Below, one piece after another: positions 1 through 13,300 of a stretch of 64,000 bases of DNA. This DNA comes from Leucoraja erinacea (lineage: Eukaryota): positions 12,338,001 through 12,402,000 of the forward strand of contig NC_073389.1 in the NCBI RefSeq assembly GCF_028641065.1, written 5' to 3'. The notes beneath the pieces were generated by a model. It was not told where the DNA came from and did no database searches. It was given only the letters and a program-made list of their open reading frames with translations. The translations under genes and the position numbers were made by a program. Position 1 is the first letter of the stretch, and each line of letters begins with the position of its first letter.

Positions 1-174
1 GTTTTCCACCACATTCACGGGTCTAAACATTCACATTCCATTATGTTGCATTTTAACTCTCTGCAAACAGTTAATGAAGGCCCCCAGTCAATATGCTGCC
101 TCTGAAGCTGTCAGAAATTTAACTCATTAAGGGTGTGGGGAAAGGTATCACACAAATGTATCCAGAGGAGCAGG

Positions 175-797
175 ATTTGAGTATAGGAGCAGGGAGGTTC
201 TACTGAAGTTGTACAGGGTCTTGGTGAGACCACAGCTGGAGTATTGCGTACAGTTTTGGTCTCCTAATCTGAGGAAAGACATTCTTGCCATAGAGGGAGT
301 ACAGAGAAGGTTCACCAGACTGATTCCTGGGATGTCAGGACTTCCATGTGAAGAAAGACTGGATAGACTTGGTTTGTACTCGCTAGAATTTAGAAGATTG
401 AGGGGGGATCTTATAGAAACTTACAAAATTCTTAAGGGGTTGGACAGGCTAGATGCAGGAAGATTGTTCCCGATGTTAGGGAAGTCCAGAACAAGGGGTC
501 ACAGTTTAAGGATAAGGGGGAAATCGTTTAGGACCGAGATGAGGAAAAAAAAATTCACACAGAGAGTGGTGAATCTCTGGAATTCTCTGCCACAGAAGGT
601 AGTTGAGGCCAGTTCATTGGCTATATTTAAGAGGGAGTTAGATGTGGCCCTTGTGGCTAAAGGGATCAGGGGGTATGGAGAGAAGGCTGGTACAGGATAC
701 TGAGTTGGATGATCAGCCATGATCATATTGAATGGCGGTGCAGGCTCGAAGGGCCGAATGGCCTACTCCTGCACCTATTTTCTATGTTTCTATGTTT
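175..797 (+). mobile_element. CR1 LINE 3' fragment
   Basis: ORF YRVLVRPQLEYCVQFWSP...RTRGHSLRI, CR1 3'UTR and (TTCTATGT)n tail. Confidence 0.93.
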
Positions 798-1384
798 TCC
801 ATCAGCTTTGTGTGACAAATTCATCAACTTGTCACAAAGAAGAAACCTCAAATCTTCCACTTGAGAAATATATTCCACAAAGTGACTTTAAGGACAAATT
901 ATTCTCCTGGAGCAATAGCATCCTGTAATATTAAGCATTTTTGTCAACAATTAATTGGATCCAATTCAAAGTTACATTGACTCCAAAAGCAATGGGTTGA
1001 AGTTGATGCCAAGAACATTTTCTTACTCAAACTGTACATGAAGAGGAGAAACAAATTCAAACACTAGTTAAGTATTTTGGTTAGTAGCTGGCATGATTTT
1101 TATCTGCTTTCCAAACCATAATGGCTCAGGACAGCTTTGATCCTTCATTTTGTTTTAAACTTGCACTGCTAATAACTGATTAAATTCAGTAGTTACTTTA
1201 CCTCTTGCAAAATGTACAAGCAAAAGAGAATGGATGCAGGTGCCAAAGGAAAAAATGAAAAGTTGTGTACTTAATGTACTTACAAGCCGTGAATATATGG
1301 GTCGTGATCATTTTGTGCTCATTAAAAGTGGGAGGGGTAGGATCTTGGTTCAACAACATGCAGCCTTCTTTTAGTAAAACAGTC

Positions 1385-2746
1385 GACAATAGACAATAGG
1401 TGCAGGAGTAGGCTATTCGGCCCTTCGAGCCAACATCGCCATTCAATGTGATCATTGCTGATCATCCCCAATCAGTACCCCGTTCCTGCCTTCTCCCCAT
1501 ATCCCCAGACTCCGCTATCTTTAAGAGCCCTATCTAGCTCTCTCTTGAAAGTATCCAGAGAACCGGCCTCCACCGCCCTCTGAGGCAGAGAATTCCACAC
1601 ACTCACAGCTCTCTGTTGGAAAAAGTGTTTCCTCGTCTCCGTTCTAAATGGCTTACCCCTTATTCTTAAACTGTGGCCCCTGGTTCTCGACTCCCCCAAC
1701 ATCAGGAACATGTTTCCTGCCTCTGTCTAAACCCTTAATAATCTTATATGTTTCAACAAGATGCCCTCTCATCCTTCTAAACTCCAGAGTATACAAGCCC
1801 AACTGCTCCATTCTCTCCACATATGACAGTCCCTCCATCCCGGGAATTAAACTTGTAAGCCTACGCTGCACTCCCTCAATAGCACAAATGTCCTTCCTCA
1901 AATTAGGGGACCAAAACTGCACACAATACTCCAGGTGTGGTCTCACTAAGGCCCTATACAACTGCAGAAGGATCTCTTTGCTCCTATACTCAACTCCTCT
2001 TGATATAAAGGGCAACATGCCATTTGCTTTCTTCACTACCTGCTGTACCTGCATGCTTACTTTCATTGACTGATGAACAAGGACCCCTGGATCCCGTTGC
2101 ATTTCCCCTTTTCCCAACTTAACACCATTTAGATAGTAATCTGCCTTCCTGTTTTTGCTACCAAAGTGGATAACCTCAGATTTATCCACATTAAACTGCA
2201 TCTGCCATGCATCTGCCCACTCACCCAACCTGTCCAAGTCACCCTGCATTCTCATAGCATCCTCCTCACCGTTCACACTGCCACCCAGCTTTGTGTCATC
2301 TGCAAATTTGCTAATGTTACTTTGAATCCCTTCATCTAAATCATCGATGTATATTGTAAATAGCTGTGGTCCCAGCACCGAGCCTTGCTGTACCCCACTA
2401 GTCACTGCCTGCCATTCTGAAAGAGACCCATTAATCCCTACTCTTTGTTTCCTGTCTGCCAACCAATTTTCTATCCATGTCAGCACTCTACCCCCAATAC
2501 CATGTGCCCTAATTTTGCCCACTAATCTCCTATGTGGGACCTTATCAAATGCTTTTTGAAAGTCCAGGTACACTACATCCACTGTCTCTCTTTTGTCCAT
2601 TTTCCCAGTTACATCCTCAAAAAATTCCAGAAGATTAGTCAAGCATGATTTCCACTTCGTAAATCCTTGCTGACTCGGACCGATCCTGTTCCTGCTATCC
2701 AAATGTGCCGCTATTTCATCTTTTATAATTGACTCCAGCATCTTCC
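1385..2746 (-). mobile_element. 5'-truncated CR1 LINE (RT domain and 3' end)
   Basis: 370-aa ORF with YLDFQKAFDKVPH, QGSVLGP and FADD; (CTATTGT)n tail. Confidence 0.95.
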
Positions 2747-3202
2747 GCACCATTTCCTTCCACATGCAGGAATTTGCAGTACCTGTACTTCATCCAATGG
2801 AAGAACGTCATTCCAAACCTGATTTTTACATATTTTGTGGTGCTGCCGACCAAGTTTACAGTCTTTATCATCAATCACCTGTCCCTGGCAACACTCCCAG
2901 AGCCCCCTGATTTGAGCCTGGGCACTTTTCCAACTGGCTTATGATCTCAATTAGACTATTAGGTAGATTATTAAATAAATGTCATCTAAAAACAAAATCT
3001 TTAGATGGCATGATATCCCTTAAAGTCACATTTTTAGAACGCTGACAAAATCATAGGCAACGTTTCAATAATATAAGCAAGTGGAAAGACGGTGGAGTCA
3101 ATAGTGCCTTGGGGCAGATCATCCAGGTGATTATTGAAGCAAAAAACTGCAGGTGATGAACATTAGAAACAGAATGGAATCCAGGGCGAGCTAACTAACT
3201 GT

Positions 3203-3501
3203 ATTCTTAAGGATAAAGGGGAAATCCTTTAAAACCGAGATGAGAAGAACTTTTTTCACGCAGAGAGTGGTGAATCTCTGGAACTCTCTGCCACAGAGGG
3301 TAGTTGAGGCCAGTTCATTGGCTATATTTAAGAGGGAGTTAGATGTGGCCCTTGTGGCTAAGGGGATCAGGGGGTATGGAGAGAAGGCAGGTGCGGGATA
3401 CTGAGTTGGATGATCAGCCATGATCATATTGAATGGCGGTGCAGGCTCGAAGGGCCGAATGGTCTACTCCTGCACCTAATTTCTATGTTTCTATGTTTCT
3501 A
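3203..3501 (+). mobile_element. CR1 LINE 3' fragment
   Basis: Near-identical to 505-797, with a TTCTATGT tail. Confidence 0.9.
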
Positions 3502-3504
3502 TAA

Positions 3505-4175
3505 AGAATTGGCTTCTTGGTAGAAAGCAGAGGATGGCGGTGAAAGGTTGTTATTCGGACTCCAGGCCCGCGACTAGTGATGTGCCTTAGTGATCGGTGC
3601 TGGTGTTTGTCAATGATTTGGATGGGAATGTACACACCATAGTAAATTTGCAGATAACACTAAAATAGCTGGTAATGTAGAGAGTGAACATGGTTATCAA
3701 GAATTACAACAGGATCTTGATCAACTGGACAAGTGGGCTTAGGAATGGTTAATGGAGTTTAATGATGATAAGTGCAAGTCTTTGCATCAAAACCAGGGCA
3801 GGGCCTTCACAGTAAATGGTAGGGCCCTGGGCAGAGATGCAGATCAGAGACATCTTGGGGTACAACTGTACAGTTCCGTGAATGTAGCATCATAGGTTGA
3901 TAGGGTGGTGAAGAAGGCTTTTGGCGTGCTGGCATTGCTCAGTTAGGGAATTGTAAATAGAATTAGAGGCATTGTGTTACACATGTAGAAGACGTCGGAG
4001 ATGCCTCAACTTGCGAGCATTGTGTTATGTCATACCATTAAAAGTAAACAGTGCAGAGAAGCTTTACGAGGATGGAGCTAGGATTCGAGGCCTCGAACTG
4101 TCAGGAGAGATTGGGCAAATTCCTTCAAGCGCAGGAGGCTGAGGGGTGATCTTATACAGATGTAAAAAATCAAGC
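3505..4175 (+). mobile_element. Older degraded CR1 RT fragment
   Basis: Degenerate VTSGVP.GSVL and KFADDTK coding motifs. Confidence 0.75.
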
Positions 4176-4207
4176 GGGTGGCGCAGCCCGACAGCACCAG
4201 AGACCAT

Positions 4208-5825
4208 TGATTTATGAAGGGAAATCATGCTTGACTAATCTTCTGGAATTTTTTGAGGATGTAACAAGGAGGAGGAAGAAGGTATACGCTTTGCCTTCCA
4301 TCACAGAGAATGTGAGGTCGCCGAAAAACAAGATGGACGTGCTGCCTGCACTGGTGAGGACTCGGAGGGATTGCCGTGAATGCAGTGATCTCAGTGTTTG
4401 TGGGGACATCGCTCCATGAGTGCGAGTGTGGGCGGCTTTCTGACTGTTCGGGCGGACAGGGACTGCAGAGAGTGACAGCGGTCGTCGGTACAACTCTGGT
4501 CACATCACTGTGAAGGAGTGTGTACTGTATCTGATCTAGACACTGAACTGATGGCTGTGGGTCTCTGCTTATGCTGTGTGCCCTAGGAATTCTGTGGTGG
4601 CTGTTAATGTTTAATCTTTATTTTTGTATCTTGTTGTTTTGTATCTTGTTGCTTTTTTGGCATGACTGTATGGTAAATCAAGTTTCACTGTACCATGGTA
4701 CATGCGATAATAAAGGACCATTGAACCATTTAAGTAGAATGGGTAAGAGAGAGCCAGTGGATGTGGTGTAACTGGACTATCAAAAAGCCTTTGACAAGGT
4801 CCCACACAAGAGATTAGTGTGCAAATTTAGAGCACATGGTATTGTAACACCATGCTTCCAATACTCTTTGCTTCCTGGTTGACAGACAGGAAGCAAAGAG
4901 TAGGAATTAACGGGTCCTTTTGCTGGGACCCCAGTTATTTACAATGTGTATTAATGAGTTAGACGAGGAAATTAAATGTGATGACACAAAACTGGGTGGC
5001 AGTGTGAGCTGCAATGAGGATGCTATGAGGTTGCAGGGTAACTTGGATAGGTTGCGTGAGTGGGTAGATGCAATATAATCTGGATAAAAGTGAGATTATC
5101 CCCTTTGGTGCCAAGAACAGGAAAGCAGATTATTATCTGAAAGGTGTCAGATTAGGAAAAGGGGAGGTACAAGAGACCTGGGTGTGCTTGTCCATCAATC
5201 ATTGAAAGAAAGCATGCAGGTACAGCAGGCAGTGAAGAAAGTTGTACAGGGCCCTGGTGAGACCACACCTTTGAGTATTGTGTGCAATTTTGGTCTCCTA
5301 ATTTGAGGAAGGACATTATTGCTATTGAGGGAATGCAGCATAGTTCACCAGGTTAATTCCCGGGATGGCGGGACTGACATCTGATGAAAGAGTGGGTCAA
5401 CTGGTCTTGTATTCATTAAAATTTAGAATGAGAGGGCATCTTATAGAAACATATAAAATTCTTAAAGGATTGGACAGGCCAGATGCAGGAAAAAATGTTC
5501 TCGATATTGGGGGAGTGCAGAACCAGGGGTCACAGTTTAAGAATAAGGGGTAGGCCATTAGGACTGAAAAGAGGAAAAACCTTTTCACCCAGAGAGTTGT
5601 GATTCTGTAGAACTCTCTGCCCACAGAAGGCAGTGGAGGCAAATTCATTAGATCTTTCCAAGAGAGTTAGATTTAGCTCTCAGGGCTAAAGAAATCAAGG
5701 GATAGGGAGCAAAAATAGGAACGTACTGATTTTAGATGATCAGCCACGATCATATTGATGAATGGCGGTGCTGGCTTGAAGGGCCGAATGGCCTACTGCT
5801 GCACCTATTTTTTTATGTTTCTATG
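4208..5825 (+). mobile_element. Degraded CR1 LINE interrupted by an insertion at 4269-4734
   Basis: KSCLTNLLEFFEDVT / RMGKREPVDVV continues across the insertion; CR1 3' tail at about 5810-5825. Confidence 0.88.
4269..4734 (+). mobile_element. Short non-autonomous Rex-Babar derivative (endonuclease N-terminus joined to a LINE 3' tail)
   Basis: LPSITENVRS.KNKMDVL.ALVRT.R..REC and GFLTVRADRD motifs, then AATAAA and a CCATTGAA tail. AAG is duplicated at both ends. Confidence 0.7.
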
Positions 5826-5874
5826 ACCCAGGTTCGATCCTGACTATGGGTGCTGTCTGTACAGAGTTTTTATT

Positions 5875-7208
5875 GTCAAGTCAAGTCAAGTCAAGTTTAT
5901 TTGTCACATACACATACGAGATGTGCAGTGAAATGAAAGTGGCAATGCTCGCGGACTTTTGTGCAAAAAGACAAACAACCTATAAACACAATCATAACAC
6001 ACATATACCTTTACATAATAAATAATGGAAGGAAAAACGTTCAGTAGAGTTAGTCCCTGGTGAGATAGGCATTTACAGTCTGAATGGCCTCTGGGAAGAA
6101 ACTCCTTCTCAACCTCTCTGTTCTCACCGCATGGCAACGGAGGCGTTTGCTCTGACTGTAGCAGCTGGAACAGTCCATTGCAGGGGTGGAAGGGGTCTCT
6201 CATGATATTGTTGGCTCTGGAGTTGCACCTCCTGATGTATAGTTCCTGCAGGGGGGCAAGTGAAGTTCCCATAGTGCGTTCGGCCGAACGCACTACTCTC
6301 TGTAGAGCCTTCTTGTCCTTGGCAGAGCAATTCCCAAACCAGATGGTAATGTTCCCGGACAAGATGCTTTCCACCGCCGCTGCGTAGAAGCACTGGAGGA
6401 TCCTCGGAGACACTCTGAATTTCCTCAATTGCCTGAGGTGGTAAAGGCGCTGCCTTGCCTTACTCACGAGTGCTGAGGCTTGTGATGACCATGTCATATC
6501 CTCGGAGATGTGGACTCCCAGATATTTAAAACAGTTCACCCTATCCACAGGATCCCCATTTATCCTCAATGGAGTGTACGTCCTCGGATGATGTGCCCTC
6601 CTAAAGTCCATGATCAGCTCCTTCATTTTTTTGATGTTCAAGAGGAGGCTGTTATCCTGGCACCAGAGTGCTAGATCAGCCACCTCCTCCCGGTAGGCCT
6701 TCTCGTCGTTGTCTGAGATCAGGCCCACCACCACAGTGTCATCAGCAAACTTAATTATTGAGTTGGAGCTGAACCTAGCCACACAGTCATGTGTGTACAG
6801 GGAGTACAATAGGGGGCTGAGGACGCAACCCTGGAGCGATCCTGTGCTCAGGGTGAGGGACTTCGATGTATTCCCTCCCATCTTGACTACCTGGGGCCTG
6901 GCGGTGAGAAAGTCCAGGACCCAGGCACACAGGGAGGTGTTGAGCCCCAATTCCATTAGCTTCCCGGCCAGTCTGGTGGGGACTATCGTGTTGAACGCTG
7001 AACTGTAGTCAATGAACAGCATCCTCACATAGCCCCCCTTCTGCCTGTCCAGATGGGAGAGAGCGGTGTGCAAGACCTGGGAGACCGCATCGTCCGTGGA
7101 TCTGTTCGGACGGTATGCGAACTGCAACGGTTCCATGTTCTGAGGGAGGAAGGCGCAGATGTGTTTCTTCACCAGCCTCTCAAAGCATTTCATGACTACC
7201 GAGGTAAG
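5875..7208 (-). mobile_element. Rex1/Babar LINE, RT domain to 3' end
   Basis: 429-aa ORF with [28 protein letters not shown] and FADD; (TTGAC)n tail. Adjoins a SINE fragment at 5826-5868. Confidence 0.93.
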
Positions 7209-8599
7209 GACCGCCGGTCAACCCAGCGGGACAGGCAGAGCCGAGCCGGAGCGAGTGCCCACTCTCCACGCAGGTTGCAACCTGGGCCGCCATTGCAACC
7301 GGCAGGTGCCCCACCAGCCCATCGCCACCCCGGACATCTCCGGCTGCCCCCAGACAGAGACGGGACACCCCGGAGGGGGCGGGGATGGCCCAGCAGCAAA
7401 TCAACAGCGCTGGAGACCGGGGCCCGACCCTGACCACGGACGAAACACAGGTCTGCACGCATGCAGCAGTACAGTCGTCGAGAATGTTTATCGCCAGTGA
7501 CCCCTGACAAATCCTATGATTCCTTGCATTTTTCTGAATACCAAACTCACTTATTGCAGAGAGGGGAAGATGTGAAGAGACAGTGGGAATGTCTATAAGA
7601 GGCTAAGTGGCCAAATAGCTCCCCAGAACAAGGAGCTGGATATCAAGGTTGGTCAAGCTGACTTTAGACAAGAGGAAGACATAAATGCAGAAAACTAGGT
7701 TGGCCAGACTTTCAGTCTGAGTTTAGTAACACTATGACATGAATAGGTATTACTCACCACATGCAGGTAAATTACCTAGTGATTAATTATTGAAGGTAAG
7801 TTTTGATCCAGGAAGATAGAAACAACAGAACCAGACACAATGGAGCCTCTGTGTCCTGTATCTTCCTTATTTAGAGGTTAGCATTCAAAGCATCCCTTAT
7901 TATCTTTTGAAATGATTCCCAAAGTATCTGGAAGGCAACAGCAGGGGTATAACTAACTCCTATCAGTAAGCCAAGGCAGCAATAACTTTGCCCTGGTGGT
8001 CAACAGTGAACAACCCATGTTTGTTTGGATGGAAAGTTAACTGGACCATTCTGATTAAAATCTGATATTACTTTGATGACTTTGAAAAGGGTCTGAAGAA
8101 GGGTCGGGTCCCAAAACATCACCTGACCATGTTCCCCAGCGATGCTGCTTGACCCAGCAATTTATGTTTTTTTCTCTGTGGCTGGCGCTTGCGTTAATGT
8201 CATCCAGTGGTCCAAGTGACCCAGAACCACATTTTGCCAGATACATTGACTGTTGGGTATTCCTGGTATAACCTGGTCTATCCAGTAAAGACTGGATTGG
8301 GAAAATTTGTTAGGCATGTCATACCTTATCCTTTATCCTTCAGGGCTTCTGACTGCTTGGCAGGAACCTCACATACACACCTACAGTCAAGAAGCCCGTC
8401 CCCCACCATCATAATCTCTTGATTCCCAGTCACTGACCCTCTGATTTGCTGTGCCCATTTCCCCATTCTCTCAATCTGCCTCTCCACTGCCAGCTTATGT
8501 GAGTATCTCTGATTGCTATCCTCCACTATCAGCCGAACCTCTCAGTACGGAGAAGAGTTGGTGGGGTTGGTGGCATAAGGTACTTATCTTCAATCTCTC

Positions 8600-10000
8600 T
8601 CTACTCCAGTCCAAGGTTGCCAATCACTTTAAAAAGACCACTATCATTCCAGAGTCAAAGGTAGCGTGCCTTAATATTACCTTCCAATGGTTCTAACATT
8701 TACTGTCATGAAGTACTTTGAGAGGGTAGTCATGGTGTACATCAACCCTGCAGATAGTTTGGATTCACTGCAATCAGCTCCTGTTGCAACATGTCCACAG
8801 CAGACGCCATCTCCCTGGCCCTACACTCATCCCTGTAACATTTGGATAACAAGGACACCTACATCAGTTTCCTATTTATTGACTATAGCTCTGCATCATT
8901 TCCAAAATGTGTAGGAAGGAATCTACAGATGCTGGTTTACACCAAAGATAAACACAAAATGCTGGAGTAACTCAGTTGGTCAGGCAGCATCTCTGGAGAA
9001 AAGGAATAGATGATATTTTGGGGAAGGGTCTCAACTGAGTTACTCCAGTATCTAATTTCCAAAATCCTGGATTTCGGTCTCGATAACCCCCCCGCTAAAA
9101 CTGGATGCTCAACTTTTGTGACCCTAGGACCGCATTTAGTGAGCATGGGGACTAAACAACCTATCCGATAATTCTTAACCCTGGTACAGTGCAAGGATGT
9201 GTTCTCATTCACTTACTTTACTTCCTATGACCGTGCAACTAGATGTTGCTCTTCTTCCATTTGCAAGTTAGCAGACGACACTTTACTGGGCTAGATCTCA
9301 AACCATGACATGACGGAGTACAGGATGACATTTGGTGCTTAGAGCATGGTGACAAGACAAATACCCTCTCCCTTAATGTCACTGACTTCAGAAAGCAGAG
9401 TGGAGTACATGCCCCAGTCTCCATCAATGATGCTGAAAGGGAGATGGTTGAGAGCTTCAAGTTTCTAAATGTCACCAACAATTTATCCTGCTCCAAATAC
9501 AATGGTTCTATGGGCAAGAAAACACACCAACACCTCTACTTTCTCAGATGGTCAAGGAAATTTAGCATATCTTCACTGACCCTTGTCAATTCCCACAGAT
9601 GCACCATATGAGATGGCAACTCATACCAAGCTGTGATGCTTGTTCACAAGCAAAGGCTCAAGATCACAAGCAATTGTAGAGAGTTATGAACGCAGCACAA
9701 TCCATCACACAAACTAACCTTCTCGCCATCGACTCCACCTACACTCCACGCTGCCCCAGGAAAGCAACCAAGGACCACTCACCCCACAGTCCCTTCCTCC
9801 CTTTCTTGTCGGGTAGAAGACACAAAAGCTTGAAAGCAAGTGCCACAGATTCAAGAAAGTTATCAGACTTTTTAAACAGACCTCTCATATGCTGAGGATG
9901 ATGATCTTCCAATCTACCTCATTGTGGCCCTTACACATTTTTTTATCTGCATCCGTCACCCTATCTTCAGCATTCTTATACCCGTGTGCAGCATGATTGG
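8600..10000 (+). mobile_element. Old degraded Rex1/Babar copy split by a Penelope-derived mini-element (about 8910-9055)
   Basis: Degenerate TVMKYFERVV, DSLQ and FLD--PAKTG motifs, plus a 3' region similar to other Rex copies. Confidence 0.65.
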
Positions 10001-10339
10001 CCTGGATAACACATAAAATAAAATTATTCACCGTATCTTGAGGCTAACGGCAATAATAAACCAAGACACAAAATGCTGCAGGATCTCAGCAGGTCAGACA
10101 GCGTGTGTGGAGGGAATAGACAGATGACGTTTCAGGCATTTGGGGTCTTAGCACTATTACAAGGTTCAGATTTATATATCAGTGTGTTGAATGAGTTGGA
10201 TGTGTCCTTTCTCCAGGACATTCCTGAGCTATGGTCATGACATGTGTAAGTGAAGTGTGTGCCATTATCTGGCCCCAATTTCCTCATTTATTTTGGGTAT
10301 CACAAGGTTAAAAACTATATACAAGTCTGTTTGAGAAAC

Positions 10340-13300
10340 TGAAATTGAGAATGAATATTGAACTGAAGTTAATGAAAAGTCAATTTTTTTCCCATTTCTT
10401 AATGTGCCTGTCACAACTCATTAAGTTGTCTGTGGATAGGAAGCACCATCAGGTCTTAAAGGTAAGACCTGGTGGTGCTTCCTATCCACAGACAACTTCA
10501 TGAATTGTGACAGGCACATTATCCAGTTTCTTGAAACATTTAATCTAGGATTGAGCAAAACTCAATTCTGGGTAAAGTACTTTATAGACTCGTTATTGTA
10601 ATTTACTGAGAAAATACATTTCCATCTTAATTTAATTTCCAATGAGGAACAAATTATCTCTTTGTTTCCGTTGCTAAGTGTGTGCCTGAGTTTCAGCTGT
10701 TAATTCTACAAACCTCTCTAGATTCAATTGCGTAAAAGTCAAAGGAATTGACCGCGTGGGGGTGAGTACAACTAATAGCTGATGATTCATGGATAATTTC
10801 TCCAAATTATCCTGCTTCTTTTGAGTGACAGAGAAAAATATATACTATTGTTCTCCTTTGCCCAGAACAAAACCTGTCCTTTCATTTGCATTATTTATCA
10901 TTACAAAGAACTTAGGATGCATAGTGACAAACAGGAACCGGACCATAATTATGAGGGATTTAAATATAGGGACAGCAAAACATAAAATATCAGATTTATA
11001 TGAAATATGACATGGATAAATGTAATAAATTCAACAAAATGTCAAATACTTAATGCATCAAAAAATTGCAGAAGAATATAAAACTGGGTCAAATTTTTAA
11101 TTCAAAGTATACATGTTTTTCAGCAATGTAGACTGCGTGCAACTATTTTGCAAAATAAATCAGTAAATTTGATGCATTTTAAATGTATGTCAAAGGAAGG
11201 TCATTCGGACAATTGACAAAAAATGCTCCATGTTTTTTTTATTATTGTAGTTGGATAGGCTACATTACCCATGTTAAATTAAGTATAATGAAAGCGCAAT
11301 TTACTTTGTTACAGTTTGTACACTCTACGTGGGACAAAGAGCCCTGAATCTAACCACAATACACATCCCATTGCTGGTAGACAAAAATGCTGGAGAAACT
11401 CAGCGAATGAGGTAGCATCTATGGAGCGAAGGAAGTAGGCAACGTTTTGGGTCGAAACCCTTCTTCAGACTGTTGTGAGGGTGGAGTGAGGGGGGGGGGG
11501 GGGGGGGGGAGAAGAAAGAAAGAAAGGAAGAGGTGGAGCCAGTGGGCTGAGGGAGAGCTGAGAAGGGGAGGAGAAAGTAGGGACTACCTGAAATTAGATA
11601 AGTCAATGTTCATACCGCTGGGGTGCAAACTGCCCAAGCGAAATATGAGGTGCTGCTCCTCCAATTTACAGTGGTCCTCATTCTTTGCCCATGGAGGAGG
11701 TCCAGGACAGAGAGGTCGGATTTGGAATGGGAGGGGGAGTTGAAGTGCTGAGCCACCGGGTGATCAGGTTGGTTATTGCAAACCAAGCGGAGGTGTTCGG
11801 CGAAGCGATCGCCAAGCCTACGCTTGGTCTCACCGATGTAGAGCAGCTGACATCTAGAGCAGCGAATGCAATAGATGAGGTTGGAGGAGGTGCAGGTGAA
11901 CCTCTGCCGCACCTGGAACGACTGCTTGGGTCCTTGAATGGAGTCAAGGGGAGAGGTAAAGAGACAAGTGTAGCATTTCCTGCGGTTGCAAGGGAAAGTG
12001 CCCAGAGAGGGGGTGGTTCGGGTGGGAAGGGAAGAATTGACCAGGGAGGGAGTGGTCTCTGCGGAAAGCAGACAGGGGAGGTGATGGGAAGATGTGGCAA
12101 GTGGTGGGATCACGTTGGAGGTGGCGAAAATGTCGGAGGATTATTTGTTGTATGTGACGGCTGGTAGGGTGGAAGGTGAGGACAAGGGGGACTCTGCCCT
12201 TATTACGAGTGGGGGGGATGGGGCGTGAGAGCAGACTTACGGGGTATGGGAGAGACCCTGGTGAGAGCCTCATCTATAGTGGAAGAGGGGAACTCCCGTT
12301 CCCTGATGAATGAGGACATCTCCGATGCCCTGGTGTGGAACACCTCATCCTGGGTGCAGATGCGGCGTAGACGGAGGAATTGGGAATAGAGGATGGAGTC
12401 CTTACAGGAAGCAGGGTGGGAAGAAATGTAGTCCAGTTAGCCATGGGAGTCAGTGGGTTTATAGTGGATGTCGGTCAATAGTCTATCACCTGCGATGGAG
12501 ATAGTAAGGTCAAGAAATGGTAGGGAAATGTCGGAAATGGCCCAGGTGTATTTGAATGCCGGATGGAAGTTAGTGGTGAAATGGATGAAGTCAGTGAGTT
12601 GTGTGTGAGTGCAGGAGGTAGCACCAATGCAGTCGTCGATGTAGCGGAGGTAGAGTTCAGGGATAGGGCCCATGGTACACCTCGAACAAGGATTGTTCGA
12701 CGTACCCTACAAAGAGGCAGGCATAGCTAGGGCCCATACGCGTGCCCATAGCTACGCCTTGTATTTGGAGGAAATGAGAGGAGTCAAACAAAAAGTTATT
12801 AAGGATAAGGACCAGCTCTGCTAGGCGGAGGAGAGTATCAGTAGACGGGGATTGGTTGGTTTTGTGGTCGAGGAAGAAACGGCGGGCTTTGAGACCCTCC
12901 TGGTGAGGGATGGAGGTGTAGAGTGACTGGATATCCATGGTGAAGATGAGGGAATGGGGGCTTAGAAAACGGAAGTCCTGGAGTAGATGAAGAGCATGTG
13001 AGGTGTCTTGAACATAGGTAGGGAGGGATTTAACCAAGGGGGATAGGATGGGGTCGAGGTATGTGGAAATATGTTTGGTAGAACACTAACAGGCAGAAAC
13101 AATGGGTCTGCCAGGACAGTCAGGTTTGTGGATTTTGGGGAGAAGATAAAATCGGGCCGTGCGGGGCTGGGGAACGATGACGGAAGCTTGGGAGGGCAGG
13201 GAGCCGGAGTTGATGAAGTCGGTGATGGTGCTAGAGATAGTGGCCTGGTGCTCGTCTGTGGGGTCATGGTCCAAAGGGCATTAAATACTAATAGCAATAT

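Noticed and set aside
10698-10768. Exon-like segment cag|...|gtgagt in both foldback arms
   Set aside because: No partner exons or recognisable peptide; its presence in both arms is explained by the duplication.
11490-11509. Poly-G tract (and poly-C near 25502) as G-quadruplex elements
   Set aside because: Homopolymer expansions within retroelement sequence, of uncertain true length.
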